DNA from: Octopus sinensis
Taxonomy: Eukaryota
Assembly: GCF_006345805.1 (NCBI RefSeq)
Contig: NC_043002.1
Location: 74,214,001-74,278,000, forward strand
Reading direction: 5' to 3'
Length of the DNA stretch: 64,000 bases
Shown here: one piece after another, positions 38,462-50,959 of the stretch
Layout: each line of letters opens with the position of its first letter
How positions within the stretch are numbered: position 1 is the first letter of the stretch
Made by a program: the position numbers and the translations under genes
The notes under the pieces: generated by a model
What the model was told of the DNA's origin: nothing
Seen by the model: the letters and a program-made list of their open reading frames with translations, nothing else
The model's database searches: none

Positions 38462-38960
38462 TAGCTTGTTTTGTCTTGGTATAAAAGATGGGCTGCAGCA
38501 AATATTCTGCTCCATACCACAGATTTGCTTGTCAGTTGTTTGACCATGATCAGTTAAGCATGTCCCTTATTGGCTGATGATATGTGCATCTTTGATCATG
38601 AGCAGAAGTAGTAGGGGAGCATTATAGTCATGTGTTGAGAGGAATTTTGGGGATTTGAATAATTCACCTCTGGAAACATGAGTATTTCATTCAACATCCT
38701 TAAACAAACCTTATTCAGGGACCTTTTGGGCAGGATGGGCTACTCGACCTGAAGAAAATTTTAACTGGGCCCCACCTGCAAGGTCATGTGCTATTTATCT
38801 TGATATGAGATCACCATATTGTGCACATATGGTTGTGATGCATGTGTCTGGTATACCCTTATCAGTTGTGTAGTCATGATCCTTATACAAGGCTTTGTAT
38901 ATTTTACCGTAGTGTCACTTTGATGGCATGCACTGCTCTCTCATTCAATAATAATAATAA
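38462..38960 (+). mobile_element. Unclassified ~500-bp retroposon-like segment with (AAT)n tail
   Basis: Higher-GC block ending caataataataataat; single copy in this window, so the assignment is tentative. Confidence 0.4.
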
Positions 38961-39673
38961 TGCCACCACCTGAAGTTAAATGAAGGAATAAGATTAGCAG
39001 ACTGTTAAAAGTGGTGAAAGAAAATGTTGAGCAAACAAACCAATAATTGACACTAATTCAGTTTGTAATAAATGTATTCATGATTCTATTCTACATGACT
39101 CTTATAAAATGTGAGTAGTCTTGCAACTTCTCTACACCAAGAGACTTGTTCTGTTCTGACTCTTCTCTCATACTTTACCCCTCATCTCTCTTGGCGTTCA
39201 TAGTCTTACAAGCTGTATGGCACTGTCACTAGGCTAGTGGCTTGAAAAAGCACCCAGAATATGCTGAAAGTGGTTTCTATGGCAGGATGCATCCAGCCAT
39301 AGAAACCGTGCTAAAGCAGGCAGTGGAGCATGATGCATCCTGGGGCTCTTTGGATTGTCAAACTGTCTAATCCATGTCAGCATAAAACATGTACATTAAA
39401 TGGTGATGATAATCTATCAGTTTATATAAAAGAAAATGGCTAAAAATTTCAGAAATAGTTTTGTTACAGATCTCAATTCACATACTTAATTCTTATTGAC
39501 AACCATAACATTCTTTAACGATACTGGGTAAATATGAATATAACTGTAAATCTTAGATTGTATACGGGGTGATTCTGCTACCTGCAGGTGTAAAACCAAA
39601 TCAGTAACTGCTCAGATTGGTGCAATATTTTTCTCACTACACATTTTGACATTTGTGTTTCTTTCTGTTGTAG

Positions 39674-39766
39674 ATATTCATGAAATCATTGGTAATGTAG
39701 ATGTTGAGGAACATGCAGCTGAAGTTGTACAAAATGTTCCTGAGCCTGTTGGAGAACCACCTGCTG
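39674..39766 (+). CDS. WBP11: WBP11 coding exon 9
   Basis: tgtag|AT ATT...GCT G|gtatg; IHEIIGNVDVEEHAAEVVQNVPEPVGEPPA; 93 nt, symmetric phase 1-1 so it could be skipped in frame. Confidence 0.8.
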
Positions 39767-40171
39767 GTATGGCTTGGTACTTTTTCTTCTTTTTTCTCAT
39801 AACCCAATACACTCCTTATTTGTTACAAAGTCTTAAGCCTTGTTTCTACTGAATGCATCAATGAATAAAGTGTCTAGTGTTTGCAAGAAAGGAAATGTAT
39901 TGTATCCTTAATCTATCATTTGAGATTTTTATTTATTCTATTTCCTTCAACATTACAAATGTGTGTATGTGTGTGTTATATACTCGCATGCACATGTGCG
40001 TGTATGTGTGTAGGCATGGCTGTATAGTTAAGAAGTTTATTTTGCCATTGTGTGGAATCTCGGGCAAGTGACTTTTAATACAGCCCTGAGCCAACCAAAG
40101 CCTTGCAAGTGGATTTGGTTGATGGAAACTGAAAAAAGCTTTTGTAAATGTGTGTGTTTATGTATATGTAT

Positions 40172-40219
<48 letters not shown>

Positions 40220-40548
40220 GCACACATAGATAGATAGATATGTACATTTATATGTGTTTGTGTGTACCTTTAGCTAGATATCATGTGATGTTTGTAAGGG
40301 GCATCACCATCATACTAGTGAGGTTATCCATTTCCAGTCTTCCATGAAAAATATGTCTAGTGATGTAGAAATTTGTTGGCCAGATGGGCATCCAGATGTA
40401 GAAAATCTGCCTCAGAAATTCTATCTGACCCACACATGGAAAAGTGGATATTAAATGATGACAAATAGCATTAAATTTATTGGTTGAAATATTTTAGATG
40501 TCTCTCTCTAATTTGGTTTTTTTATTATTTCTTTTTCAATTGTTTTAG

Positions 40549-40871
40549 CTAAAATTAGAAAAATCCGTTTTGCTGATGACAAGGCAAAGGCAGCTCCTGA
40601 GGAAACTGAGAAAGAGTTTAAGTATCAGTTTGCTAAGAAAATACGTAAGAATGTCACCCCTCTACAAGCAATGATGTTGCGTATGGCTGGACAACAGGCC
40701 CCTGATGTACAGGAAGAGGATGAAGACGAAGAGAAAGATGAAGAGAGTGACAGTAAAGACAGCAAGGAGAAAGACAGTAAATCAAGAGAGCAGAACAGTT
40801 CTGATAGTGAAGAGGATGACTCTAAGGATGTCAATGAAGAGGATGAAAATACAAATACTGAACAGAAAAAT
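40549..40871 (+). CDS. WBP11: WBP11 coding exon 10
   Basis: tttag|CT AAA ATT AGA AAA ATC CGT TTT; KIRKIRFADD...VTPLQAMMLRMAGQ plus acidic tract; the donor AAT|gtaaca is weak but gives the phase 0 required by the next exon. Confidence 0.88.
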
Positions 40872-42697
40872 GTAACACTTCATCTTTTTTTGTCAACTTG
40901 CTTTTATATTTTATAAGATATACACTGACACTCCATTGCTTATGATGACAAGTATTCCAGTTCATCCAATCAATGGAACAGCCTGCTCATGAAATTTATG
41001 TGCAAGCATCATGGCTTATGAGGACTTTTTATTTTTGTTGAGGACAAGACAACTTCCATAATGCTAGTGCATTAAAAATATACTTAGTACACTCTGTAAA
41101 GTAGTTGGTGTTAGGAAGGGCCATAAAAACCCTTACCAAATCTGAAACACTAGAGCAGTCCATGGTCTTCCAGTCTGACTGATACAGTCAAACTGTCCAC
41201 CTCATGCCAGCAAGGAAAGTGGATGTAAAATGATGATGATACACAAACACACACACACACACACTTCCTATTTTTCCTATGGGCATGGATTGCACAACAT
41301 GTATATGCATATGTTTATTAAAAGTGGTTGTTTTCATGTGTAGTTATATATAAAAATAATCAAACATTAATTAATTGGTCACTCGATACATTTAAGGTTA
41401 ACAATCATCATCATCATCGTTTAACGTCCGCTTTCCATGCTAGCATGGGTTGGACGGTTCAACTGGGGTCTGGGAAGCCTGAAGGCTGCACCAGGCCAGT
41501 CAGATCTGGCAGTGTTTCTACAGCTGGATGCCCTTCCTAATGCCAACCACTCCGAGAGTGTAGTGGGTGATTTTATGTGCCACCGACACAGGTGCCAGAC
41601 GAGGCTGGCGAACGGCCACGCTCGGATGGTGTTTTTTATGTGCCACCGACACAGGTGCCAGACGAGGCTGGCGAACGGCCACGCTTGGATGGTGTATATG
41701 ACTTGGAATTTTAGCTCCATTGTCTTTCGACTTGACTGTCTGACAAAGGCAACTGAGTCAAAATTAAGATTGCATCCTTTTCTGATCAATGAGCTTAATG
41801 TGTCCATTTATACTTTACTTAGTGTTGACATGTGTGAAGGCACATGGTGTAGTGGTTTGGGTATTCAGCTTACAATTATAAGGTCATGAATTCGATATCC
41901 AGTGACGTGTTGTATCTTTGAGCAAGATATTCTATTTAGCATTGCTTCCGTCCACTCTGCTGCCAAAAATGAATATGTACCCCTGTATTTCAAAGGGCCA
42001 GCCTTGTCACACCCTGCGTCATGCTGACCTCCCTGAGAACTACTTTAAGGGTATGTGTGCCTGTGGGGTGCTCAGCCACTGGCATGTTTCTCTCTTATTT
42101 TTTCTCTTTTATCTCTTTTACTTGTTTCAGTCATTTGACTGTCACCATGCTGGAGCACCGCCTTTAGTCGAGCAAATCGACCCCAGGACTTATTCTTTGT
42201 AAGCCTAGTACTTATTCTATCGGTCACTTTTGCCGAACCACTATGTTACGGGGATGTAAACACACCAGCATCGGTTGTCAAGCGATGTTGGGGGGACAAA
42301 CACAGACACACAAACATATATACACACATACATATATATATATATATACATATATATATGATGGGCTTCTTTCAGTTTCCATCTACCAAATCCACTCACA
42401 AGGCTTTGGTCGGCCAGTGGCTATAGTAGAAGACACTTGCCCAAAGTGCCATGCAGTGGAACTAAACCCAGATCCATGTGGTTGGTAAGCAAGCTACTTA
42501 CCACACAGCCACTCCTACGCCTATTAATTTAATGATCAAGCTGCCTGGTTGATCAAATCAAGTGGAACACTCATTATCATAACCGATGGAGTGCCATAAA
42601 GAGTGTAGACATAAAGATTACTTGTTTGATTTTTATTATTTACGGTGTAAATGCATTTTTGGTTTTATAGTAAACATACGGTGTTTTCTCTTTCTAG

Positions 42698-42887
42698 CTC
42701 TCAGATGAAGAAGACAATGCTAAGCAGAATTCCGATACAGACACTCAAGATAATAAATCTGGACCAATTATGTCAATGGCACCTGTAGTACCAACAGCAA
42801 CAGACATCCCTTCACATCCTAATAAGCTGATTCCTCCAGGTCCACCTCCAGGACTACCTCCTGGAGGACCACCAGGGGTTCCACCAG
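42698..42887 (+). CDS. WBP11: WBP11 coding exon 11
   Basis: tctag|CTC TCA GAT...CCA G|gtcagt; LSDEEDNAKQ...PPGPPPGLPPGGPPGVPP; 190 nt. Confidence 0.9.
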
Positions 42888-43170
42888 GTCAGTAAAACTT
42901 TTTTATTTCTGAAAAGGACAAAAACAGAAGAAGGGGATGGTGAGAGCCAGAGTTTGGGAAGGACAGAAGTAGGAGTTAGTACATTATGTTGGAAGTGGGG
43001 TAAATGTTGAGAACAGGGCATTATGTTGGTGGGAGTCAGAAATTAGGGGACATTGTGTTATTTTAGGAAGGTCAAAGGAATGGTAACAGTGCATTATGTT
43101 GGGCAGAGCAGGCAGAAGTTTGGAGGCTATTTCTGTTAGGGAGAACATTAAGTTGTTGGGGTAACATAAG

Positions 43171-43395
43171 CAAAGGTAAAGGTTACCTTTTCAAGTCATG
43201 CCGACTTGTAAGGGCCATCTGGATGGGATGCCAGTCTGTCACAGGATTACTCATTTTTGCCAGCTGAGTGGACTGAAACACCATGAAATGAACTGTTTTG
43301 CACAAGAACATAACATGTTGCCTGGTCCAGGAATTGAAACATTGATCTTATGATCATGAATCCAACACCTTAACCACTAAGCTATGTGCCTCCAC
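43171..43395 (-). mobile_element. SINE with 9-bp TSD inside a degenerate minisatellite
   Basis: TAACATAAG at 43162-43170 and 43396-43404; same family at 6815-6900 + 8105-8240 and 49940-50150. Confidence 0.8.
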
Positions 43396-43718
43396 TAACA
43401 TAAGTAAGGGATAGTACATTATGTTAGGAGGGGAGAGAGCAAAGGTTCAGGAAGAGTGCATTATGTCAAGGATAAAAAGAGATTGGGAGACAATGCTTTA
43501 TGACAGAGAGGTAAGCTGAAGTGGGACAGTACTTAATCATTTACTTGGCTGATGAACCATTCGGTTTCTAAAGGAAGGAGTTCTTTTATTTATTAAAGAT
43601 ACAATATTTCAGTAGTTTATCTACATACAAATGGATTTCACTATTTGAATTCATTTTACTTTTTATTTTGTCAGGTGTTTGTGAATGTATTTATTTTGTT
43701 AATTCTTTATCATTTTAG

Positions 43719-43904
43719 GTCCACCACCTGGAGCACCAGTATTCATGAGACCTCCACCGCTGCGTCCTCCAGCTGGCACTATGCCGCGTCTGTTACCACC
43801 AGGTCCACCACCAGGAAGACCTGCTGGTTTACCTCCTGGTCCACCACCTGGCCTACCACCTAATCTGCGTGGCTTACCTCCCAGATTGCCCCAAGGACCA
43901 CCTG
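43719..43904 (+). CDS. WBP11: WBP11 coding exon 12
   Basis: tttag|GT CCA...CCT G|gtgagt; PPPGAPVFMRPP...PRLLPPGPPPGRPAGLPPGPPPGLPP; 186 nt. Confidence 0.95.
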
Positions 43905-44661
43905 GTGAGTGAATTTTCTGTTGTTTTTTGTTTATATTTTTCTCCTTTTAATGAATCTCTCTGAGAACTGCTTTAAGGGTATGTGTGTCTGTGGAGTGCT
44001 CAGCCACTTGCACTTTAATTTCATGAACCAGCTGTTCCATTGATCAGATCAACTAGGGCACTCATTATTCTAACCAGCAGAGTGCCAGAAAAGTGTAGAG
44101 ACATCATTTTTGTATTTGATAATGGTAAAAGTTAATCTTTTCACCCACCTCAGGTCTAGTACCTTGTCAATTTCTGCAGCATTATTGTTTGGGTATATAA
44201 ATCTTCCTCAGGAGAGAGAGTGTCAGCGTATCACACCAAATTTTCTCTGAGGGGCTCTGGTAGTTACCCCCTTTTAGTCAGAGGTTTGACATGTTGCCCT
44301 GTTTCATGCCACCACTTCTAGTACTTTACATGAAGTTTTATTCTGTTACTGACATTAGGACTTTTCCTGCTGTTTGTCCCTGCAGACTTGCAGACATGCC
44401 AAATGAATTGAGCCACAGCACCTGTGGTGTCAATGTAAGAGGAGAGAGAAGGGTGAGACCCAAAAGGAAATGATGGCCTTACACCATTATGTTACACTTG
44501 CTCAAATACATAGATGTAAGGTATAATTTTTCAACAAAGAAAACATCACATTTTCTTTTGTTTTCCTTCCCTGCTCTCTCTCTCTCTTTTTTCTTCTTCC
44601 TATTAAATACTAATGTGCATAAAAAATTTTTGGTTTTTGATTCTGTTTTCTGTATTTTCAG

Positions 44662-44967
44662 GTGTTGTTCCACCCCGACTCATACGACCTCCTGGAGCAT
44701 TACCAAGCATCCCACCTCCTGGCTTGCCTCCCCCACCTGGTGTGACTGGGCTCGGTCCATTAAATGCCAGTGTGTTGAGTGCCCCTCCAAGCATTGTGAA
44801 ACCTCCATTAAAATCCAGTGAGGACAATGTGAAATCTGGCAGCAGTGCTACTATTGAAGCTAAGCCACAGATCAAGAACCTCCTAGCTGATGTGACACGG
44901 TTCACTCCAACAGCTCTAAAAGTAAAGAGAGGTATCCGTGATGCTAGAGGTCGTGTAAAGATAATCA
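44662..44967 (+). CDS. WBP11: WBP11 coding exon 13
   Basis: ttcag|GT GTT...ATC A|gtaagt; includes VLSAPPS and ATIEAKPQIKNLLADVTRFTPTALKVKR; 306 nt. Confidence 0.96.
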
Positions 44968-45483
44968 GTAAGTATTGTTGCTTCATGTCTTTATTTCTGC
45001 TTTTCCTGTTTGCAGTTTTATTTTTATGTCTCTATGCTTGCATGGATAGGTTGGTTTTACTGCTGAATGACCTTCATGTTGCTAACCACTCTACTTTGAG
45101 GTAGAAGTAATACATGTTTTTTTTTTTGTGTTAATCCAGCAAAGAGGAGCATGCAAAGTTATGTTTGTTGCCAAATATGGTCAATGCTATGCTTCACTGA
45201 TGCTGTCATAATAAGTTTCAGACAAACTGAAAATAACTGTGACACCCCTTTCAAGCCATACCAGCATGGAAAGCTAACAAAACAACAGTGATGATGATGA
45301 TGAGATATATATATATAGATATAGATATATAATTTTAATGTCCACTTTTCCATGTTTGGATGAGAGAGAGAGATGGAGATGAAAGAGAGAGAGAGAGAGA
45401 GAGTGGGAGATGGATAAATAGGTGTACATGTATGTTTGTGTTCACATTAACATATATTCATGTGACAACTATTTGTTTTTTAG

Positions 45484-45620
45484 ATCCTAATCTGGCAGCG
45501 AAGGAAGAAGAAAAGAGACCTTCCGGAATGCAGAATAAACCCACACCCACAGTGACACAGACGAAAACTAAGGATGATGTGTATGAAGAGTTTATGAAAG
45601 AAATGAAAAACCTTTTGTAA
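45484..45620 (+). CDS. WBP11: WBP11 coding exon 14 (stop)
   Basis: tttag|AT CCT...TKDDVYEEFMKEMKNLL*; total CDS 1917 nt = 638 aa; AATAAA candidates near 45885, 45915 and 46442. Confidence 0.96.
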
Positions 45621-45802
45621 TTACATTTCTCCTGTTGAGAACTGCGTTTGCTTGGGTATCGTTGGCAAGATTACAGCCTCTGTCTTACCTTGGGTGGCTT
45701 GCCTTATATCCAACACTTGTCATGTACATTGTCATTTATTAACAACCTAAGCAAAACATCTTTATTAAAACATTAATTATACATACATAAATACATATAT
45801 AT

Positions 45803-45840
<38 letters not shown>

Positions 45841-46103
45841 CATGGGCTAATAAGTTCAAAAGAAGCTGTGCCTGGCCACTTAGAATAAAAAGCTCAAAGA
45901 CAAATCTGAGAGTGAATAAAACATGTATATTGAATCCATAATCATAAATCCAATTAAATGTATTTTGTTTTGCAAGAACAATTCCCAAAGAGGCACAGGT
46001 GAAACAATATATTTTGTTGGACTAATGATTGTGGATTAAATATCTGTTTTATATATATGTATATATATATATGTATATATATGTGTGTGTGTATGTGTGT
46101 ATA

Positions 46104-46138
<35 letters not shown>

Positions 46139-47039
46139 CTTAGTTTGTACAGAATTCCTTTCTTGAATTGGTTTTATGATTACACTACATCTGCCTCCCT
46201 TTCAACTCCTCTTCCTCTATATTTTGTGATCTCGAGTGCATTGTGGGTCTAAAGAAACTACAAGCTCTCTATATTAGGCCCAGCTTCACAAAGACAAAGC
46301 TTAATTTCTTTTTGCTTTGTTCCCCAGAAATCCGCACACACACGTGTTCTGTTATACAGAAACAAGTAATGGATAGGATGCTAATTTTGAGGAGGTTTTT
46401 TTTTTCAAATATTTTTGTTATATTGATAAAAAAGAAGAAAAAATAAATATGTATAAATTATTGAAGCTTCTTTGTCTTGTATTTTTGTGTTTTATTCTTT
46501 TCTTTTATTTGTATCAGTCATGCTGGATCAGCACCACCTGGTGGGTTTTGTAGGTTACCTTTCCCCTCTGACCTACTCAAATGACCTCCCCTATGCCTCT
46601 CTTTCCTTCAGTGACTTTCACAAAATTCCTCCCCCACCTTGGTCTATTGCTCCCTTCCTGTTCCTTTTCCCTCACACCTTATGTTTACACATGCCCCTTA
46701 TAGCTTTTTTGAACTTCCCTTTTTCTCAACCCTATCACTAATCTCTTTCCTCTCCCTTGTTCCCTGTAGTTTTCCACCATCTCTTACTTACCATTCTCTC
46801 ATCCCTCAGCCAAGGATCATTACCCAGTTTCTCTTCTGGTCTGACCTGACAAGTTACAAGGTGATCATCACTAGTGCTGGTGCCATGAGAAAAGCATTCT
46901 GTAAAGTGGTTGGCATTAGGAAGGGCATTCAGCCATTGAAACCATGCCAAAAATAGACATCAGATTGTGTTAAAGTATCCAACCCATGCCAACATGGAAT
47001 ATGGATGTTCAATAATGATGATACATACATATGTATGTA

Positions 47040-47800
47040 CAAGGTCTGATCAATAAGTATCTGGACTGGTGCTATAAAGACAACTGCAACATGTACCAAA
47101 GTAGTCCCCTTCGGAAGCCACACACTTAAGCCAGTGCTGTTTCCATTAATGGAAGCCATTCCTGGAACTCATTTTTTGGGATAATCAGCAGCTGCCTTGT
47201 CACATTCACTTTGAATTCCTTGACATCCTGAAATCTTCCCTTCAAATGGTATTTGATTTTTGTAAAGAGGAAAAGCTGCAAAGGATGAAATCTAGGGAAT
47301 ACGTTGGCTGTGAGACCTCGGGAATGTTGCACCTATCCAAAAGCTGTTGCGTAAGCTGTGCTGAATGGGCAGGTATGTTGCCAGCTGAAAGCAGTTTTGG
47401 CATGCGTCTCTTACCCAAATCTTCAGCGATAATGGTCTGAACTGAACCATAATTAACCTGCACATCCTCTGTTAACTCACAGATGGTGATCTGACAATTT
47501 CTTCTCACAGATGCATGCACATCTGCAATGTTTTTCTCAGTTTTGTTGGTTGCAATCTCCCAGAATGTTCATCACTATCGACATTTTTTTGGCTCATACA
47601 CTCCTCTTCATACACCTTCTGTAACTTTGTGTAGACCTCTGAGCAGGTGTTGCTAAGCTTTTGGCAAAATTTGATGCAGATTCATGGTCAGTGTGATGAT
47701 CACATGCTACACACGTTTCTTCTTAGCACTGCTGTAAACTGCAGAAGTGAGCTAGAACATTAAAACTTAGTGCACATGCACAGCAGAGTTCAAGGTCAAT
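47040..47800 (-). mobile_element. Degenerate mariner transposon
   Basis: TA|CAAGGTCTGATCAATAAGTATCTGGACT terminus; remnants ITICELTEDVQVNYGSVQTII, PAHSA and QPTYSLDF (PYSPDL-like). Confidence 0.8.
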
Positions 47801-48899
47801 CATGTTTGTATGATGGTTGCAACTTGCTTCAAAGCAAGACCATCACTTGATTTTTCTTTTAAATATTAGCAGCTTTTCAGTCTAATTAGGAACCTTAAAC
47901 TCTTGCAAAGATGTGGCAATGATGGGTGCCTCTTAAAGTAGGTGTTCAGAGAGAGAGTTTACCACCCAAACTGACATATGCCTTTATTCCATTATGTAAT
48001 TCTTCAGTGAATGTTTTGCCTGTCTACTGCCTGCCATAGTTTGCAGCACATAATAGAGATGTTAAAACAATCAAGTGAGAGGCTGAGTTTAATGTTTACT
48101 GAAGTTACCACAGTGGGATTGAACATGAAACAATGTGGTTGCAGAGCAAACCTCTTAACCATACAGCCATGTCTGTCTGCATCTACTGGATTTTCTTTTT
48201 TTTTTTTTCATATTTGTTTTTCTCCAAGCAGTAATAATTTATTGGCCTTTAGGGGGAAAAGAGAAACCCCCAAAAAATGTTTGACACTATTAGAACAGTT
48301 TCTCAACCATTTTTTTGTTCATCTATGGACCCCTTTCATTTCTATTTTACTCCAGTGTAGGGAGTAGTCATTTGATGTTTACAAAATTCTATTATATTTT
48401 TATGATTAAATATTATTAGGAATTGTATAAAAAGTTATTTTAATATTTTGGATATTGTAGATGTATAACCAGTTCATTCTTTTATCTCATACTTGTTTCA
48501 GTCATTAGACTGTGGCCATGCTGGGGCACCACCTTGAACTTTCTTTTAAGCCTGGTACTTATCCTATCAGTTACTTTTTGTTGAATCACTAAGTTACAGG
48601 GACATAAATCCACTAATATCGATTGTCAAACTGGTGGAGGGCAGACCCTGGTTGAGAAAGGGGTTAGTTTTCATTTAGCCTGTGTCATAAATTTAATGTC
48701 TATTGTTGATCAAGTAAATCTCTGATCAAAGGTATTCCAGCAATGAACATTCCACCTTATTTTCAGACATTATATTTAAAAATACATTATCCCATATGCC
48801 ATTCTTTTTCTAAAGATGGTAAGGTGTGAGATAAGGGAAATTTGGCTACTATTTCTAACAGGCCAAGTGACCATGTAGAAACTGTTTTATTGGCCTATT

Positions 48900-49113
48900 T
48901 CACCAGGGGTCAGTTTTCCATGAGACTCTTGTGTTGCATGCACACAATCAGCCAGGCTCTTGCCTCCAGTCCATTCTTCGATGTTGTCAGCACACAAACA
49001 CCTTTGATGACCTCTTGCTCTCTTCCTTTCCATAATGTGGTCTTGAGTAGTGACTTATGGCACATTGTATGTTCAAAATATGATGACTTTGTGGACTTGA
49101 TTTTTGACAATAG
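48900..49113 (-). mobile_element. Degenerate RTE-like 3' fragment
   Basis: LLSKIKSTKSSYFEHTMCHKSLLKT resembles the RTE C-terminal IKxRKLxYFGH motif. Confidence 0.5.
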
Positions 49114-49474
49114 TTTTGGCAAAATTTGATGCAGATTCATGGTCAGTATGATGATCACATGCTACACACATTTCTTCTAAGCACTGCTGTAAACAGCAGA
49201 AGTGAGCTAGAACATTAAAACTTAGTGCACATGCACAGCAGAGTTCAAGGTCAATCATGTTTGTATGATGGCTGCAACTTGCTTTAAAGCCAAACCATCA
49301 CTTGATTCTTCTCTTAAATATGAGCAGCTTTTCAGTCTTATTAGGAACCTTAAACTCCTTCTTTTCATGACATTAGAAACTTAACTAATCCCAAATTTAC
49401 AACAGAATTTTTTTGAACTGAATCAATGCAGTGGTTAACACATGACCACTATTGTTCTTCCCTGGACTAGTTTC
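49114..49474 (+). repeat. Composite local duplication
   Basis: 49114-49357 matches 47659-47902 (244 bp) and 49356-49474 matches 53307-53425 (119 bp), both ungapped with scattered substitutions. Confidence 0.92.
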
Positions 49475-50959
49475 GCCTCTCAGGTTTTCTAGTACTGCAA
49501 TGTTTATTACTTTGTCCTTCCAGTTTATTCTGCTCAATCTGTGAATGATCTGCATTTAATAGGCTTCTGTTTTTTTCTCTATCACTATGTACATTGCCCA
49601 AGTTTCTGCCTCATAGAGGACAACTAGTATAATATAAGTTTATTTGCTTCAATTTTGGTGCAGTGTTATGTCTTCTGATGTGAAGATCGTTTTCATTCTT
49701 ATAAATGTTGTTTTAGCCTTATTTAAAAGGCAAAGACAACGGTTATTAAACAGAACAAAAGGAAGCAAATATGAAACTAGAAGGAAAGAAGCTTGAACAA
49801 ATAATAAATCAGGGAGATCACTGTGTAGAAGATGCTCAAAGAATAAATAAGGTTAAAATTTATTGTCCCTTTTAATATTGTATTAATGTCTGCTGGCAAA
49901 ATGTCAAAGAATTGGATGGCATGGTTAGTTCACATTATACTCTATAAGGGGCATAGGACCAATTTCTCTAGTGTATATATTTTATTCCAGGATGAGTTGC
50001 TGGTCTGTCAAAGGATTCCTCATTTTTGCCAGCTGAGAGGACTGGAGAAACGAGAAATGAAGAATACAATGCATCACCCAGCACAAGAATTGAAACCACA
50101 AATTTACAATGATGAGTCCTACTCCTTAACTACTAAGCCATATGCCTTCACATTGGATGGAGTATTTTGCAGTATTTGTTGCAATACTTGTGTTCTCAGT
50201 TCAAATCTTGCTAATGTCAACTTTACCTTTCATTCTTTTGGGGTTGGAGTAAAAAGTTCTGTGGTCTGTAGCAGGAATATTTAGCAGACATGAGCACCTA
50301 TGAAGAAAAACTGAATCACTGTACTTGATGTAGAAACAAGTAAATGTCATGAATGCAATTCATTCAATTATTGATTCTGTCATCAAGCACTGATCACTTG
50401 GATCTATACTAGAACAGGATCTCATTAACAATTCCATTTTTGGTGCCATTTTCTCTCTGAAAGAAAAAGTTACATATAGATCTGTTTTTCTTCTAACCAG
50501 TGGTGTGTGTAAGAGATTAGTGGTGTGTGCCTTGAACTGGTCAGCTACAAGTGTGGCTATAGCTGTCAAGACCAATGGATGATGACTTCAGTGGCACAGC
50601 CAAAATCACCTAGCTGCTAAAATCACACAATGAAGGCTATTACTTTTTTCTTGATACACAAATATATTACAAACTGCTGAAATATTTTAATTTGGTCAGG
50701 ACATTTTTCTGTCGTTGGTTGTGATGATAATACATTGTTCTGTTTAACAATAAAATAAATAATTTTGTATTTAAAAATCCAAACAGAATTTGTGTTGTTG
50801 CATTTATTGATATCAACTCAACTTAACCAAAATTGCTTCACTGGTGAGAACCCCACACTTGTAAAGGACATTATGCAGCTTCACAACATATTAAACAAGT
50901 TCAAAAACATCACTGAGATGTCAATACCCCAGCAAAAATGCTGCACAAGCATCAAACAG

